A stretch of 59,133 nucleotides of DNA from Bacteroidales bacterium (GCA_038322655.1 JBBQGD010000002.1:1-59133); one strand, 5' to 3'. Shown: positions 1 to 9,949, counted from the first letter of the stretch. Notes: a model not told the origin generated them from the letters alone. Made by a program: numbers and translations.

Positions 1-1
1 A

Positions 2-382
2 CTGCGAAGCGTGGCGACCCTGCCTTACGCCAAATCTAAAATTTCGGGAATCAATGTCGCATTCACAGGCGATCATGCTTTAGCGGCAGTCAATCATTCC
101 GGTGGCACAGCCGTAACCGTTGCCGATGAAGCCGCCTTCGCTATGCAGAAACGCATCGCCACCGAAGAAGGCATTTGGATCGAACCCGCAGGAGCCGCAC
201 CAGTCACCGCCTTAGCAGGCTTACTCGAACGTGGACTCATCCAACCACATGAAAAGATTGTCTGCGTGATGAGTGGTGCAGGTTTCAAAGATGCTGATCT
301 CGCCGCCGAAGATGCCGCACACATCGGTCAACAGCCCACCATTCCCTTTGATGTCGATGCCGTGAGTAAGCAACTCCAATAA
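2..382 (+). CDS. PLP-dependent threonine-synthase-like enzyme, C-terminal fragment (5' end outside the window)
   Basis: The frame of ORF 11..382 stays open back to nt 2. The sequence ...GIWIEPAGAAPVTALAGLL...KIVCVMSGAGFKD resembles the C-terminal lobe of threonine synthase and other tryptophan-synthase-beta-fold enzymes. Confidence 0.6.
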   Translation: MRSVATLPYAKSKISGINVAFTGDHALAAVNHSGGTAVTVADEAAFAMQKRIATEEGIWIEPAGAAPVTALAGLLERGLIQPHEKIVCVMSGAGFKDADLAAEDAAHIGQQPTIPFDVDAVSKQLQ

Positions 383-400
383 ACTTCGGAGAAAGTCTTA

Positions 401-1948
401 GTGTCCAAAAAGCTGCATTTTTTGATGTCCATGCTACTCATTTGTTTCTCTGTGTATTCAAATGGTCAAGCAAAAGTTACATCGCAAAATTTGAAAATAA
501 CTTCAGAGAATGCTCATCAGGTAAGGTTACTTGCTACCCTACCACTTCCACTTCACCATGTTACTGGGATCAGATATCGTTTTTCTCCCGATAGTTCTCT
601 CCTGATTACTTATCAGAATGATGAGTCGGATCAAGTTATTCGTGTCTGGAATACTGCCACGCTTGCGCTACAGAATGAACTGCATTTGGATCCTAATGAG
701 TGGATCGAAGATGCCGTTATGAGTCCCGATAATCATCAACTCTTGTTATTCAGCACAGTTGCAATTTTTGGTTTTCAGTGGTGGGATTTAGTCAATAACA
801 AGCAAATTGCCGCTGTCGCCCAATCCTATAATGATGCGCGTTTCAGTTCTGATAGTCGGTACATTGCAGTTCTTTATAAGACTTCTTTACAATTGTTGGA
901 TTCTTCAAATGGTCAGCTTTTGAAGTCATTCAACTTAAGCAGCCCATCAGATAGCACATTTGGTAGGATTACCTTTAGTTCTGATGGTCGATATATCGCA
1001 GCCTCCACTAATAAAGCAGTTTTAATTTGGAATATTGAAACTGATGAGCTTGTCGCCACTCTAGAGGGTTTGCGAAATCCAAATTATGTTTCTTTTTCAT
1101 CAGATAATACACACCTAATCGCTGCGAATATTGTTGCTGGCTACGGTTACTTTTCGAAGGTTGGTGCGTGGGATTTATCGAACACAGCAAAAGGTCATAT
1201 CTTCACGTCAAAGATTGCTCACGCGAGTAAGAACGGTCGCATCGCGTTGATTCAGAATGATGATACGACCGACATTATTGATTTGATGACCGGGGAAACC
1301 AACGCGCGTGTCCAAGAAAAAGCGTGCTACTCCCTTGGCAATTGGTCAAAAGACAGCCTCAGCCCTGACGGTCGAACGATGGCTTCATGTGACGCATCGG
1401 GTTTCAAATTCATTGACACAGCAACGGGTACAACCCGTGCAAAAACCTCAATTACTGGTGAATTCTATCCTTGGATACTGACATTTAGTCCTGATAGCAA
1501 GCTTGTTGTTACGGTAGTTCCGTTTGATGGTTCTAGTATGGCATATTGTAGGTTGCAATTATGGGATGTTCAAACAGGCGAGGAGGTTCTCAATACCCCA
1601 AGTCCTTGCCAAGACATAACTTTTAGTTCGGATGGCTCAACGATTGCGTCACTCTCGTTTTCCGGTGCAAGTGTTCTCATATTAGGTATTCCCGATAACA
1701 ATCGTGAAGCTTATGTATCTGTCCCCGCTGTAATAATCCCTTCAGTTATTGCCGTTCGGGCAAAACCCTCAATAGATGCAGAGGTAACAGGTTATATTAG
1801 TGGCGAGATTGTGATTAGCGGAATTGATCCTTCAGGCCGCTTTTACTATATGGGAAGTAATGGCGGAGGATGGATTAGCGCAGCCACCGGTTATGTAGAT
1901 CTTGGTGGCTTTTCTAGCAAAGATCAGATTCATGTGAGAGAATCTTGA
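401..1948 (+). CDS. Secreted beta-propeller (WD40/PD40-like) repeat protein with a possible C-terminal SH3b-like domain
   Basis: GTG start about 9 nt after a GGAG motif. Hydrophobic N-terminal signal-like segment. Eight blade-like signatures: FSPDSSL, MSPDNHQ, FSSDSRY, FSSDGRY, FSSDNTH, LSPDGRT, FSPDSKL, FSSDGST. The SH3b call for the C-terminal tail is weak. Confidence 0.6.
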   Translation: MSKKLHFLMSMLLICFSVYSNGQAKVTSQNLKITSENAHQVRLLATLPLPLHHVTGIRYRFSPDSSLLITYQNDESDQVIRVWNTATLALQNELHLDPNEWIEDAVMSPDNHQLLLFSTVAIFGFQWWDLVNNKQIAAVAQSYNDARFSSDSRYIAVLYKTSLQLLDSSNGQLLKSFNLSSPSDSTFGRITFSSDGRYIAASTNKAVLIWNIETDELVATLEGLRNPNYVSFSSDNTHLIAANIVAGYGYFSKVGAWDLSNTAKGHIFTSKIAHASKNGRIALIQNDDTTDIIDLMTGETNARVQEKACYSLGNWSKDSLSPDGRTMASCDASGFKFIDTATGTTRAKTSITGEFYPWILTFSPDSKLVVTVVPFDGSSMAYCRLQLWDVQTGEEVLNTPSPCQDITFSSDGSTIASLSFSGASVLILGIPDNNREAYVSVPAVIIPSVIAVRAKPSIDAEVTGYISGEIVISGIDPSGRFYYMGSNGGGWISAATGYVDLGGFSSKDQIHVRES

Positions 1949-2400
1949 AGTACCTTTGATCTATAACCAAAACGGCGATTGTTAGGGTTTCAACTCACTC
2001 AGTAGCTTGTTCCATAACCAAGATATTTTCAAACCATATTCAAATTGACACATAAGAATAAATATTCTAAAATGAAGTTATGACAAACTCACTTTACAAT
2101 ACTTTGCATTCTTTATTTTCTTTGTGCCTTTGTGGTGAAAGTACATTAGGTTTTGCATCTTCAGCGGCATTCTCCCTCATAGCCGCTGCGACGGCACTGC
2201 CAATTGTGCAGCGGCGGACACACGGGAGCAAACCGCTGCACTCAGCGCCATCAGCCGAGCCATCTGCCTGCAAATTGTGCTAATTCAGCGGATTTAGCCG
2301 AGCTTCCCGCCCGCAATTTCAGCGGAAAATCGTCACAAATGACACAAACTGCAACAACTTTTGCATTTTGTATTAAGCCAAAAGCTAATCGCTAACTGCT

Positions 2401-3531
2401 TTAAGCCAACAATTCATGATACTTGCTCAACCCATCAATCACACAGTCCACATCATGGAGATCGTTGTAGAAATGCGGTGAAATCCGCAGGTTATCATCG
2501 CGGTGGGAAACAATGATGCCATCGTTCGCCAACCATTTGGTCAACAGATCAACTTTATGTGAACGCACCGTAATCATCGCGCCGTGCTTACTCGGATCAG
2601 CCGGAGTCACAAGGTTGAAACCACGCTTCATGATGCCCTCTTTGAGCGCACCGGTTAGCACCCTGAGTTGGCGCTCAATATTTTCTACGCCCACCTGCTG
2701 CACCAATTTGATACCTGCCACTGCTGCGTATGTATTCGGCACAGGGGGTGTACCCGACTCGAAGCGCCGCGCCGTTGCATGGGGCGTGTTCGCATAAATA
2801 TCCATCGCAAAGATATTCGCTTGTGAGAACCAACCCATCGTGGTCGGTTGTAATCCGCTTAGTAACTCCTTGCGAACGTAAAGGTAAGCTAACCCTGCCG
2901 AGGCCAGTAGATACTTCAACACACCGCCCGCCAGAAAATCCACGTCCAGCTTCTTGACATCAATCGGCGTTGTACCCAGCGCTTGATAACTGTCGACCAA
3001 CACCAACGCGCCTTTTGCATGTGCCAGATCAATAATCGACTTGATGTCCAACATCGTCCCATTACGGAAGCACACATGACTAATCGAGACAATCAAAGTT
3101 TGCTCATCAATCGCGTCTGCAAATCGGCTCAAGGGAATCTGGTTTCCGGCTGCTGACACATGCACCACCTGTGCGCCGCGCTTCTCCTGCGCGTGCCAGA
3201 TTTGGGTAACGGTCGGGAACTCGAAGTCACTAACGACTACTTTGTTCCGTTCACCGCTAAAGTCGAGGGCACTTGCTAACGCGCTTACCCCTGCCGAAAG
3301 TGAAGTCACCACCGCCACTTCGCTTGGATCAGCATTGACCAATCCGGCAAAAGCCTGCCGCGCGGCCTCGTTACGATCCGACCAATACTCCCACGGGGAA
3401 CCCTTTTCGTCCCAATCGCGCAGATAATTGGCGTAAGCTTCCTGCACATCAACCGAAAGCGCCCCTTGGGAGCAGCTATTCATATAGATTTTGCTTTTGA
3501 AAATCGGGAAACGGTCACGATAAGACACCAT
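2401..3531 (-). CDS. Class-V aminotransferase-fold PLP enzyme (cysteine desulfurase / isopenicillin-N-epimerase-like)
   Basis: 376 aa. Typical class-V layout with a D-x-YQ(A/S)xG motif (VDSYQALG) and a candidate PLP lysine in GGVLKYL. The ATG lies 10 nt after the livF stop, with GAGG between them, so it is probably the last gene of the liv operon. Confidence 0.8.
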   Translation of the reverse strand: MVSYRDRFPIFKSKIYMNSCSQGALSVDVQEAYANYLRDWDEKGSPWEYWSDRNEAARQAFAGLVNADPSEVAVVTSLSAGVSALASALDFSGERNKVVVSDFEFPTVTQIWHAQEKRGAQVVHVSAAGNQIPLSRFADAIDEQTLIVSISHVCFRNGTMLDIKSIIDLAHAKGALVLVDSYQALGTTPIDVKKLDVDFLAGGVLKYLLASAGLAYLYVRKELLSGLQPTTMGWFSQANIFAMDIYANTPHATARRFESGTPPVPNTYAAVAGIKLVQQVGVENIERQLRVLTGALKEGIMKRGFNLVTPADPSKHGAMITVRSHKVDLLTKWLANDGIIVSHRDDNLRISPHFYNDLHDVDCVIDGLSKYHELLA

Positions 3532-3541
3532 AGTTCGCCTC

Positions 3542-4273
3542 TTAACGTCCTAAATAAGCTTTGCGTAATTGTTCATTGTCCAAGAGATTCTTGGCATCGT
3601 CTGCGAGTACGATGCGTCCCGTTTGTACCACATATCCACGATCCGCAATCGAAAGTGCCATATTCGCGTTCTGCTCGACCATGAAAACAGTCGTTCCCTG
3701 CTCATTAACCTGCTTGATAATCTCGAAGTTGTTTTCCACCAAAATCGGCGCGAGTCCCATTGAAGGTTCGTCCATCAAGAGGAGTTTCGGGCGAGACATC
3801 AATGCCCGTCCCATCGCCAACATTTGCTGTTCACCGCCACTCAACGTACCGCCCAATTGATGTAGGCGTTCTTTAAGACGCGGAAACAACTTCAGCACCC
3901 GTTCCATATCCTCTTGAATCGCATGATGGTCACGACGTAAATACGCACCCATTTGCAAGTTTTCGAGTACGCTCATCGGCCCGAAGATACGCCGGTTTTC
4001 CGGCACGACTGCCATGCCCTTTTCCACACGGTAACCTGTTGGACGCATTTGTACCGCTTCACCCGCGAACTCAACAATACCACTGGTCGGCTTGACAATG
4101 CCGAGGATGGTTTTCAAGGTGGTCGATTTACCGGAAGCGTTGCCTCCCAACAAACAGATTAACTCACCGGAATAAACCTCTAAGTTCACTCCCTGTAAGA
4201 TATGAATTGGCCCATAATGGGTGTTGATGTCGCGCAGACTCAGAAGCGGTATGCCTTTTCCGTTGCTGCTCAT
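3542..4273 (-). CDS. livF: Branched-chain amino acid ABC transporter, ATP-binding protein LivF-type
   Basis: Walker A GGNASGKST, ABC signature LSGGEQQ, Walker B LLLMDEPS. 4-nt overlap with the upstream livG-type gene. Confidence 0.85.
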   Translation of the reverse strand: MSSNGKGIPLLSLRDINTHYGPIHILQGVNLEVYSGELICLLGGNASGKSTTLKTILGIVKPTSGIVEFAGEAVQMRPTGYRVEKGMAVVPENRRIFGPMSVLENLQMGAYLRRDHHAIQEDMERVLKLFPRLKERLHQLGGTLSGGEQQMLAMGRALMSRPKLLLMDEPSMGLAPILVENNFEIIKQVNEQGTTVFMVEQNANMALSIADRGYVVQTGRIVLADDAKNLLDNEQLRKAYLGR

Positions 4274-5058
4274 TTCCGCACCATATTTTCGTTTCGCCCC
4301 AAATAGGCTTCAATCACCAATGGATCAGTGGCGACAGCCTCATATGAACCTTCAGCAATCTTTTCACCGTGATCTAGTGCAATCACCCGATCCGAAATGC
4401 CACCAACCACACCCATATCATGCTCGATTAGAATGATTGTCAGGTCGAGTTCGTCCCGTAGCTGGCCGATCAACTGAGTCACTTCCTGAGTCTCTTTTGG
4501 GTTCATACCCGCAGCCGGTTCATCCAGCAACAACAGTTTCGGCTCGGTCATCATCGCACGCGCGATTTCCAAGCGTCGCCGGTTGGCATACGACAAACTG
4601 TAAGCCGGCTCATCGAAACGATACCCTACCAACCGTTCTCCGAAAAATGCCAGTTTCTGCTGGGCAAGCTGGCGGATGCGTAGTTCTTCCGTCCGGTAGC
4701 CCGGTGTTCGCGTGATAATTTGAAACCAGTTGGCATGCGTTCGGGCGTATGCTGCGCTCATCACATTTTCGATGATACTCATATTCAAGAACAGGCGTAA
4801 ATTCTGGAAGGTTCGAGCGATGCCAAGCCGCGTGATTTGATGGACTTCCATCCCTGAGAGTGAACGTCCATCAAATAGAATCTTGCCTGTATCAGCTTTA
4901 TATAAACCCGTAATCAGGTTAAGGATAGTGGTCTTACCCGCGCCATTCGGCCCGATCAGGCTAACGATTTCGTTCTTCTCAACCGAAAACGACAAATCCT
5001 TAACGACTTGCAAACCACCGAAGTGTTTGGAGACATTTTGTAGTTCAAATAGTGCCAT
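4270..5058 (-). CDS. livG: Branched-chain amino acid ABC transporter, ATP-binding protein LivG-type
   Basis: Walker A GPNGAGKTT, Walker B LLLLDEPAAG, and the LivG-type C-terminal extension (..VIEAYLG). Confidence 0.85.
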   Translation of the reverse strand: MALFELQNVSKHFGGLQVVKDLSFSVEKNEIVSLIGPNGAGKTTILNLITGLYKADTGKILFDGRSLSGMEVHQITRLGIARTFQNLRLFLNMSIIENVMSAAYARTHANWFQIITRTPGYRTEELRIRQLAQQKLAFFGERLVGYRFDEPAYSLSYANRRRLEIARAMMTEPKLLLLDEPAAGMNPKETQEVTQLIGQLRDELDLTIILIEHDMGVVGGISDRVIALDHGEKIAEGSYEAVATDPLVIEAYLGRNENMVRK

Positions 5059-5061
5059 AGC

Positions 5062-6504
5062 TTAAGCAATCTCCACACGGCGCTGACCCAGCAGGCCATT
5101 GGGACGATAAATCATCAAGACAATCAACAGCACCCCTACGAAGAGCAAACGTGTGATGCTCGGTTCTGCAACCAGCCGCGTTTCCCATACAAACAGCAGC
5201 AGGTAAAGTGTCGGCACCAAAGCTACCAAACGCCATAATACAGGTTTGATACGGCTGACTGCCAGCACTGCAATAATCAAGATGGCGAAAGCATAGTTAC
5301 CCACTGTTGTCGCATCCTTTGGAATCGGCAGCCAACTTCGCACGGTATCACCAATAATGGCACCCGTTGGTTTAAGGGGCGCAAAAGCATCGGGAGTAGC
5401 ACCGACAAGAACTGTTCGTAGGATAAATCCGAATACCACGACCGCCAGAATCAGCGCGACCGCCTGCCAACGCGGTTTGATGACCGCAAATAAGGTCACT
5501 AGCACACCGAGATAAAATAAGGTTCCCGCTAAGGGTGCATTTCGCAATATATCTGGCACAGCGATCATAATCACCGCACCCAATACCACACCGGGCAAAC
5601 TGCCTAAACCACCTAGCACAATAATTGCATAGACCGTAATCAACAGAGTCGTATCAAAGTTTGATGGAAATACCGATCCTTGCCACGCCGCGAAAAGGCC
5701 ACCACTAAAACCCGCAAAAGCTGCACCAATGGCGAATGCTTGCAGTTTCAGCCGATGAGTCGGAATACCCATTGCTTGGGCAGCCAGCTCATCCTCGCGC
5801 AATGCTCGCCATGCCCGACCTACACGCGACTTATAAAGGTGATAAATCACCAAAATCGCGACTGCAAACACTACCAGCAAAATCAAGTAATAGTGAACAA
5901 CGGTCGTCGCTTTTAACCCCAAAATACTCAGTGGATCAAGGTTTACAATGCCATTTGGGCCACCTGTCAAATCAACTGGTTTATCCCGACCCGGTAAACT
6001 AACGCGCGTCAGGCTAGTAGTCAGCTGCACAAACATTTGCCCGAAGCCCAGCGTCACAATCGCCAAATAATCTCCTATCAACCGCAGCGATGGTGAACCG
6101 AGGAGCAGACCGAACAATGCCGAAACCACCACAATAATGATTAAAGTCGCCCACGTTGGGAAATGTACGCCTGTAAAATCCGATGATAAATAGGCATAAA
6201 CATATGCACCAATACCGTAAAAGGCGATGAAGCCGAGGTCAAGCAAACCAGCGTATCCTGCCACAACATTCAAACCTAAAGCCAGTATGCCCATTAAGGC
6301 GATGTTACCAGCAATGCGAATAGCAAAACTATTTGTGGTAGCAACGGGCAGTAGTACACCCAATACCACCAGACAAATCAACCATCCCCATACCGGCAAA
6401 CGGCGGCTGGTCTGCTCGATAAACCCTTGAATGCCTTTGGCACGACTCACACGCTGGTCGTACTGCTCTACCCACTGGTCAACACCAATTTTATCGTGTG
6501 ACAT
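5062..6504 (-). CDS. livM: Branched-chain amino acid ABC transporter permease LivM-type
   Basis: 480-aa polytopic membrane protein. Sits between the livH-type and livG-type genes with 3-nt gaps. Confidence 0.8.
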   Translation of the reverse strand: MSHDKIGVDQWVEQYDQRVSRAKGIQGFIEQTSRRLPVWGWLICLVVLGVLLPVATTNSFAIRIAGNIALMGILALGLNVVAGYAGLLDLGFIAFYGIGAYVYAYLSSDFTGVHFPTWATLIIIVVVSALFGLLLGSPSLRLIGDYLAIVTLGFGQMFVQLTTSLTRVSLPGRDKPVDLTGGPNGIVNLDPLSILGLKATTVVHYYLILLVVFAVAILVIYHLYKSRVGRAWRALREDELAAQAMGIPTHRLKLQAFAIGAAFAGFSGGLFAAWQGSVFPSNFDTTLLITVYAIIVLGGLGSLPGVVLGAVIMIAVPDILRNAPLAGTLFYLGVLVTLFAVIKPRWQAVALILAVVVFGFILRTVLVGATPDAFAPLKPTGAIIGDTVRSWLPIPKDATTVGNYAFAILIIAVLAVSRIKPVLWRLVALVPTLYLLLFVWETRLVAEPSITRLLFVGVLLIVLMIYRPNGLLGQRRVEIA

Positions 6505-6507
6505 GGG

Positions 6508-7437
6508 TTATACTTTCTGCGCGATTCGTGCGCCAAGCAAACCACGTGGGCGTAAGAGCAAAACAATAATCAGGACGACAAAGGCTACAATATCTTTGTA
6601 AGTTGATGAAATAAAAACAACTGCGAAGGTCTCTGTCAGACCAAGGATAAATCCACCTAACATCGCACCGGGGATATTACCAATACCACCCAGTACGGCT
6701 GCTGTGAAGCCTTTCAAACCAGCCGAAAAACCCATGAAGTGATAAATACGTGTGAACACAATACCAGTCAAAACACCGGCTGCACCAGCTAAAGCACTGC
6801 CGATGAAGAAGGTGAACACAATCACCTGATCCACGTTAACACCCATCATCGCTGCAGCCTCGCGGTCAATAGCAACTGCTCGCATGGCTTTACCCAGCTT
6901 GGTACGGCGAATGAGATATTGCAGGATAATCATCAAAACGATAGCCGTCACAATAACCAACGCGCGGGTCACCGATAATCGGGCGTTACCGAAATCAAAA
7001 GCCAAACCCGGCGCGATTAATTTCTCGGTTTCATAATTGCGAAATTTAGCGGTTAGAGTTAGTTGTACTGCGTTCTGAATAAAGAATGACACACCCAATG
7101 CGCTAATGAGAGGAGCAATACGCGGTGCGTTTCGTAGGGGGCGATAAGCAAATTGCTCGATAACTACACCTAAAATACCACAACCCAACATAGCTAATAA
7201 CATCATGAAAATAATGATCAGAACAGGGGCAATTATCGGGCCATCAGGAGGTAGAAAAGCCACCATCACGAAATAACCGATAAAAGCACCTATCATGTAA
7301 ACATCACCGTGCGCAAAATTCAACAATTGCAGCACGCCGTAAACCATTGAATAACCCAGTGCAATCAGGGCATAAACTGCACCAAGCGTCAGCCCATTGA
7401 TCAGCAGTTGAGGGAACTGTTGCAGAAAGAGATCCAT
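6508..7437 (-). CDS. livH: Branched-chain amino acid ABC transporter permease LivH-type
   Basis: 309-aa polytopic membrane protein with an N-terminus (LINGLTLGAVYALIALGYSMVYG) typical of LivH-family permeases. Confidence 0.85.
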   Translation of the reverse strand: MDLFLQQFPQLLINGLTLGAVYALIALGYSMVYGVLQLLNFAHGDVYMIGAFIGYFVMVAFLPPDGPIIAPVLIIIFMMLLAMLGCGILGVVIEQFAYRPLRNAPRIAPLISALGVSFFIQNAVQLTLTAKFRNYETEKLIAPGLAFDFGNARLSVTRALVIVTAIVLMIILQYLIRRTKLGKAMRAVAIDREAAAMMGVNVDQVIVFTFFIGSALAGAAGVLTGIVFTRIYHFMGFSAGLKGFTAAVLGGIGNIPGAMLGGFILGLTETFAVVFISSTYKDIVAFVVLIIVLLLRPRGLLGARIAQKV

Positions 7438-7466
7438 AAAATTTCAACTTCTTGAGTGCAATAAAT

Positions 7467-7491
7467 CAGGGTGACGCTGTGCATCACCCTG
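7467..7491 (-). terminator. Intercistronic hairpin between the binding-protein gene and livH (attenuator or mRNA stabiliser)
   Basis: Perfect 8-bp inverted repeat CAGGGTGA / TCACCCTG with a 9-nt loop, 33 nt downstream of the livK-type stop. The minus-strand RNA continues with AUUUAUU. Confidence 0.35.
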
Positions 7492-7524
7492 AATAAACTG
7501 TAATACTGAATTTAGCCTACGGAT

Positions 7525-8724
7525 TTAGCCAGCAGGCGTAGCTTCAGGTGTGGCTTCCATCATGTCTTCAGATGAAACAGTAGGAACCAATTCAAAATTA
7601 TCACCCTTAACTTGGAAGATGTAGAACGCTGCATTTTGAACATCGCCGTTCTCGTCAAAAGCGATTGGGTTACCCAAGACACTTGTTGCCTGATCAGTCT
7701 CGGTAACTTCGTCCAGAACACCTTCACGGGTCAGCTTGTCTGCCTCAAAAGCACGTTTAATGGCCTCCAATAGAACAGTAGTGGCGGCATAGGTGGGCGG
7801 GCCAAATGTACCAAATTCACCATATTTTTCGGTATAGCGCTTGACCACATCAGCCGAGGATTCCAGCTTGTGAATATCCGGAGCGAAGGCCGAAACATAA
7901 GCACCTTCGGATGCACCAGCCGCACCTTTAATAAAGTCATCAACCGATTGGAAGCCATCAGCACCAAACACGGTGATATCAGCACCTTGTTCAACGACTG
8001 CCTTAGCCAACAAAGCACCTTGAGACGCAATCTGACCGGGGAAGAAAATAACTTCTGCACCAACACCTACTGCCTTGGTCACAATGGTTGAGAAATCCTG
8101 ATCATCCTGCTTGACGGATTCGCGACCTACAATCGTACCACCTGCGGCTTCGAATGCGGCAGAAGCAGCATCAGCCAAGCCAGTGGCGTATGAGGTCTGA
8201 TCGTCAATAACAAACAACTTGGTAGCGCCTAGTTCGTCAGCAATAAAGTTGCCGTCTGTTGGGCCTTGTGCATCATCGGTCGGCACAACACGGAAAAAGG
8301 TATCATTACCACTGGTGGTCAATGAAGGACGGGTTGCAGAACCAGAAATCGTGACCAAACGAGCTTCTTTGAACTTAGGGCCAGTAGCTTCGACTTCTTG
8401 GCTTCCGGCAGGGCCAACAACACCATAAACATCAGCATCAGCAATCAAGGACTCGGCGGCAGTTACAGCTTTGGCTGCGTCTAATTCGGTATCACTTTCG
8501 ACCGCTTCAACAGCCCAACCATCATTAGCCGCATTAAAATCATCAACAGCCATCTTTGCCCAATTCAATTGTTCAGTACCAATCGAACCTGCTGGACCAG
8601 TGATGGGAGCCATGATGCCAATCTTTACCTTCACAGTTGGTGCTTGGGCAAAGACAACAGAGTTAAAAGCCATCGGTACGACAGCTAGAGCCAGTACCCC
8701 AATAAGCGACTTTCTAAACTTCAT
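7525..8724 (-). CDS. livK: Periplasmic branched-chain amino acid binding protein (type I PBP, LivJ/LivK-like)
   Basis: I prefer the internal ATG at 8724 (MKFRKSLIGVLALAVVPMAFNSVVFAQA, a clear Sec signal preceded by AAAGG) over the ORF-track start at 8778. The mature part resembles Peripla_BP_6-type leucine-binding proteins. Confidence 0.8.
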   Translation of the reverse strand: MKFRKSLIGVLALAVVPMAFNSVVFAQAPTVKVKIGIMAPITGPAGSIGTEQLNWAKMAVDDFNAANDGWAVEAVESDTELDAAKAVTAAESLIADADVYGVVGPAGSQEVEATGPKFKEARLVTISGSATRPSLTTSGNDTFFRVVPTDDAQGPTDGNFIADELGATKLFVIDDQTSYATGLADAASAAFEAAGGTIVGRESVKQDDQDFSTIVTKAVGVGAEVIFFPGQIASQGALLAKAVVEQGADITVFGADGFQSVDDFIKGAAGASEGAYVSAFAPDIHKLESSADVVKRYTEKYGEFGTFGPPTYAATTVLLEAIKRAFEADKLTREGVLDEVTETDQATSVLGNPIAFDENGDVQNAAFYIFQVKGDNFELVPTVSSEDMMEATPEATPAG

Positions 8725-8925
8725 GACAGCGTTTACCTTTCTAAAAAGAATGATTCTCTTGCCAACGATCAAACACAATTAACGTTAACCGTTGCGAGTA
8801 AAGTTATACCGTTACATCGATAAGGACGCAAATTCCGTTGTGGAAGGGGTATACAAATGGCTTTGGGGTTCAACCAACGACTGGCTATACTCTACCAACA
8901 ATTCCGAAAGTGAAGGGACGACAAG

Positions 8926-9909
8926 GTGCGTTATACCAATCTAGGACGAACAGGCCTACAAATATCGGTGATCGGTCTGGGCTGCGGCAATTTCGGCGGC
9001 ATTGGCAGTTCACCGGATTTTTTTGGTAAGGGTGATACTGAAGAAGAAGCCTTTGCCATTATGGACACCGCTTGGGAAATGGGCATCAACAACTTTGATA
9101 CAGCCGATGCTTACGGGGGTGGGCGCAGCGAAACGGCGATTGGTAAATGGCTCAAAACTAAAGATGTGACTGTCCGTGACAACCTGATCATAACGTCGAA
9201 AGTCTTCAACCGTGTGGCTGATGGGCCGAACAACATGGGGCTTTCAAGACGGCATATTCTGCGGCAGGTGGAACGCAGTTTGCAACGATTAGGCGTTGAC
9301 CACATCGACATGTATCTGATGCATGAACCTGATCCAACGACTCCAATTGAAGAGACCATTCAGGCGATGGATGATCTAGTGCGGCAGGGAAAAGTCCATT
9401 ACATCGGTGCGTCAAACATGCCGGGATGGTTGATGACCAAAGCATTATGGATCAGCGACAAATACAGTCTGCACCGTTTTGAGTGGGTGCAAAATTCCTA
9501 CAGCTTGCTAGAGCGAACCGATGACCGTGAAGTGCTGCCATTGGTAGCCGATCAAGGTTTGGGTTATACACCCTTTAGTCCGCTGGCGGGTGGTTGGCTA
9601 ACCGGTAAATATCAATCAGCAGCCGATTTTACCGCGAGTTCACGGATGGGAATGCGACCGGAACCGTATCAAAAATTGATCAACCAAAATGTTTTTGATG
9701 GTTTGGCAAAGTTCAAAGCCGAAGCGGACAAACGCGGCGTGAGCATGGGCGGGTTGGCGATTGCGTGGTTACTGAGCAATCCATTGATCACAGCACCGAT
9801 TATCGGGCCACGTAAACCAGCACATTTCCAACCTGTGAAGGAAGCCTTAGAACTAAACCTAACAGCCGAAGAACGTGACGAATTGACGGCCTTGTTTCCG
9901 GGGTTCTGA
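8926..9909 (+). CDS. Aldo/keto reductase family oxidoreductase
   Basis: GTG start after GAAGGGA. Motifs GLGCGNFGG, FDTADAYGGG, IDMYLMHEPD and HYIGASN are characteristic of the AKR family. Confidence 0.85.
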   Translation: MRYTNLGRTGLQISVIGLGCGNFGGIGSSPDFFGKGDTEEEAFAIMDTAWEMGINNFDTADAYGGGRSETAIGKWLKTKDVTVRDNLIITSKVFNRVADGPNNMGLSRRHILRQVERSLQRLGVDHIDMYLMHEPDPTTPIEETIQAMDDLVRQGKVHYIGASNMPGWLMTKALWISDKYSLHRFEWVQNSYSLLERTDDREVLPLVADQGLGYTPFSPLAGGWLTGKYQSAADFTASSRMGMRPEPYQKLINQNVFDGLAKFKAEADKRGVSMGGLAIAWLLSNPLITAPIIGPRKPAHFQPVKEALELNLTAEERDELTALFPGF

Positions 9910-9921
9910 AATCAAGTACCT

Positions 9922-9949
9922 GTAAGGAAAAGGCATGCCTTTTCCTTAC
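9922..9949 (+). terminator. Perfect 28-nt palindrome (terminator-like hairpin) after the AKR gene
   Basis: GTAAGGAAAAGGCA|TGCCTTTTCCTTAC starts 13 nt after the stop codon. No U-tract follows (GACAACAACAAAA), so intrinsic-terminator function is uncertain. Confidence 0.4.

Noticed and set aside
2080-2395. Two overlapping small ORFs (67 and 63 aa) in the convergent intergenic region
   Set aside because: Low-complexity translations rich in Ala/Ser/Cys/Pro, no ribosome-binding site, and mutually overlapping frames. Treated as a non-coding, motif-rich spacer (see findings).
8725-8778. N-terminal extensions proposed by the ORF track for the binding protein (start 8778), for SusC (start 25402) and for the dehydratase-like gene (start 10954)
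   Set aside because: In each case an internal ATG gives a canonical N-terminus: the signal peptide MKFRKS..., MKKSLPLKL..., or MTTNPISLEDI... with a coupling overlap. The upstream residues look non-native.
8779-8788. Palindrome TTAACGTTAA and two ACCGTT copies in the divergent livK/AKR promoter region, considered as a possible operator
   Set aside because: The palindrome is short and AT-rich and occurs once, and no regulator gene is adjacent. It is not distinguishable from chance without comparative data.
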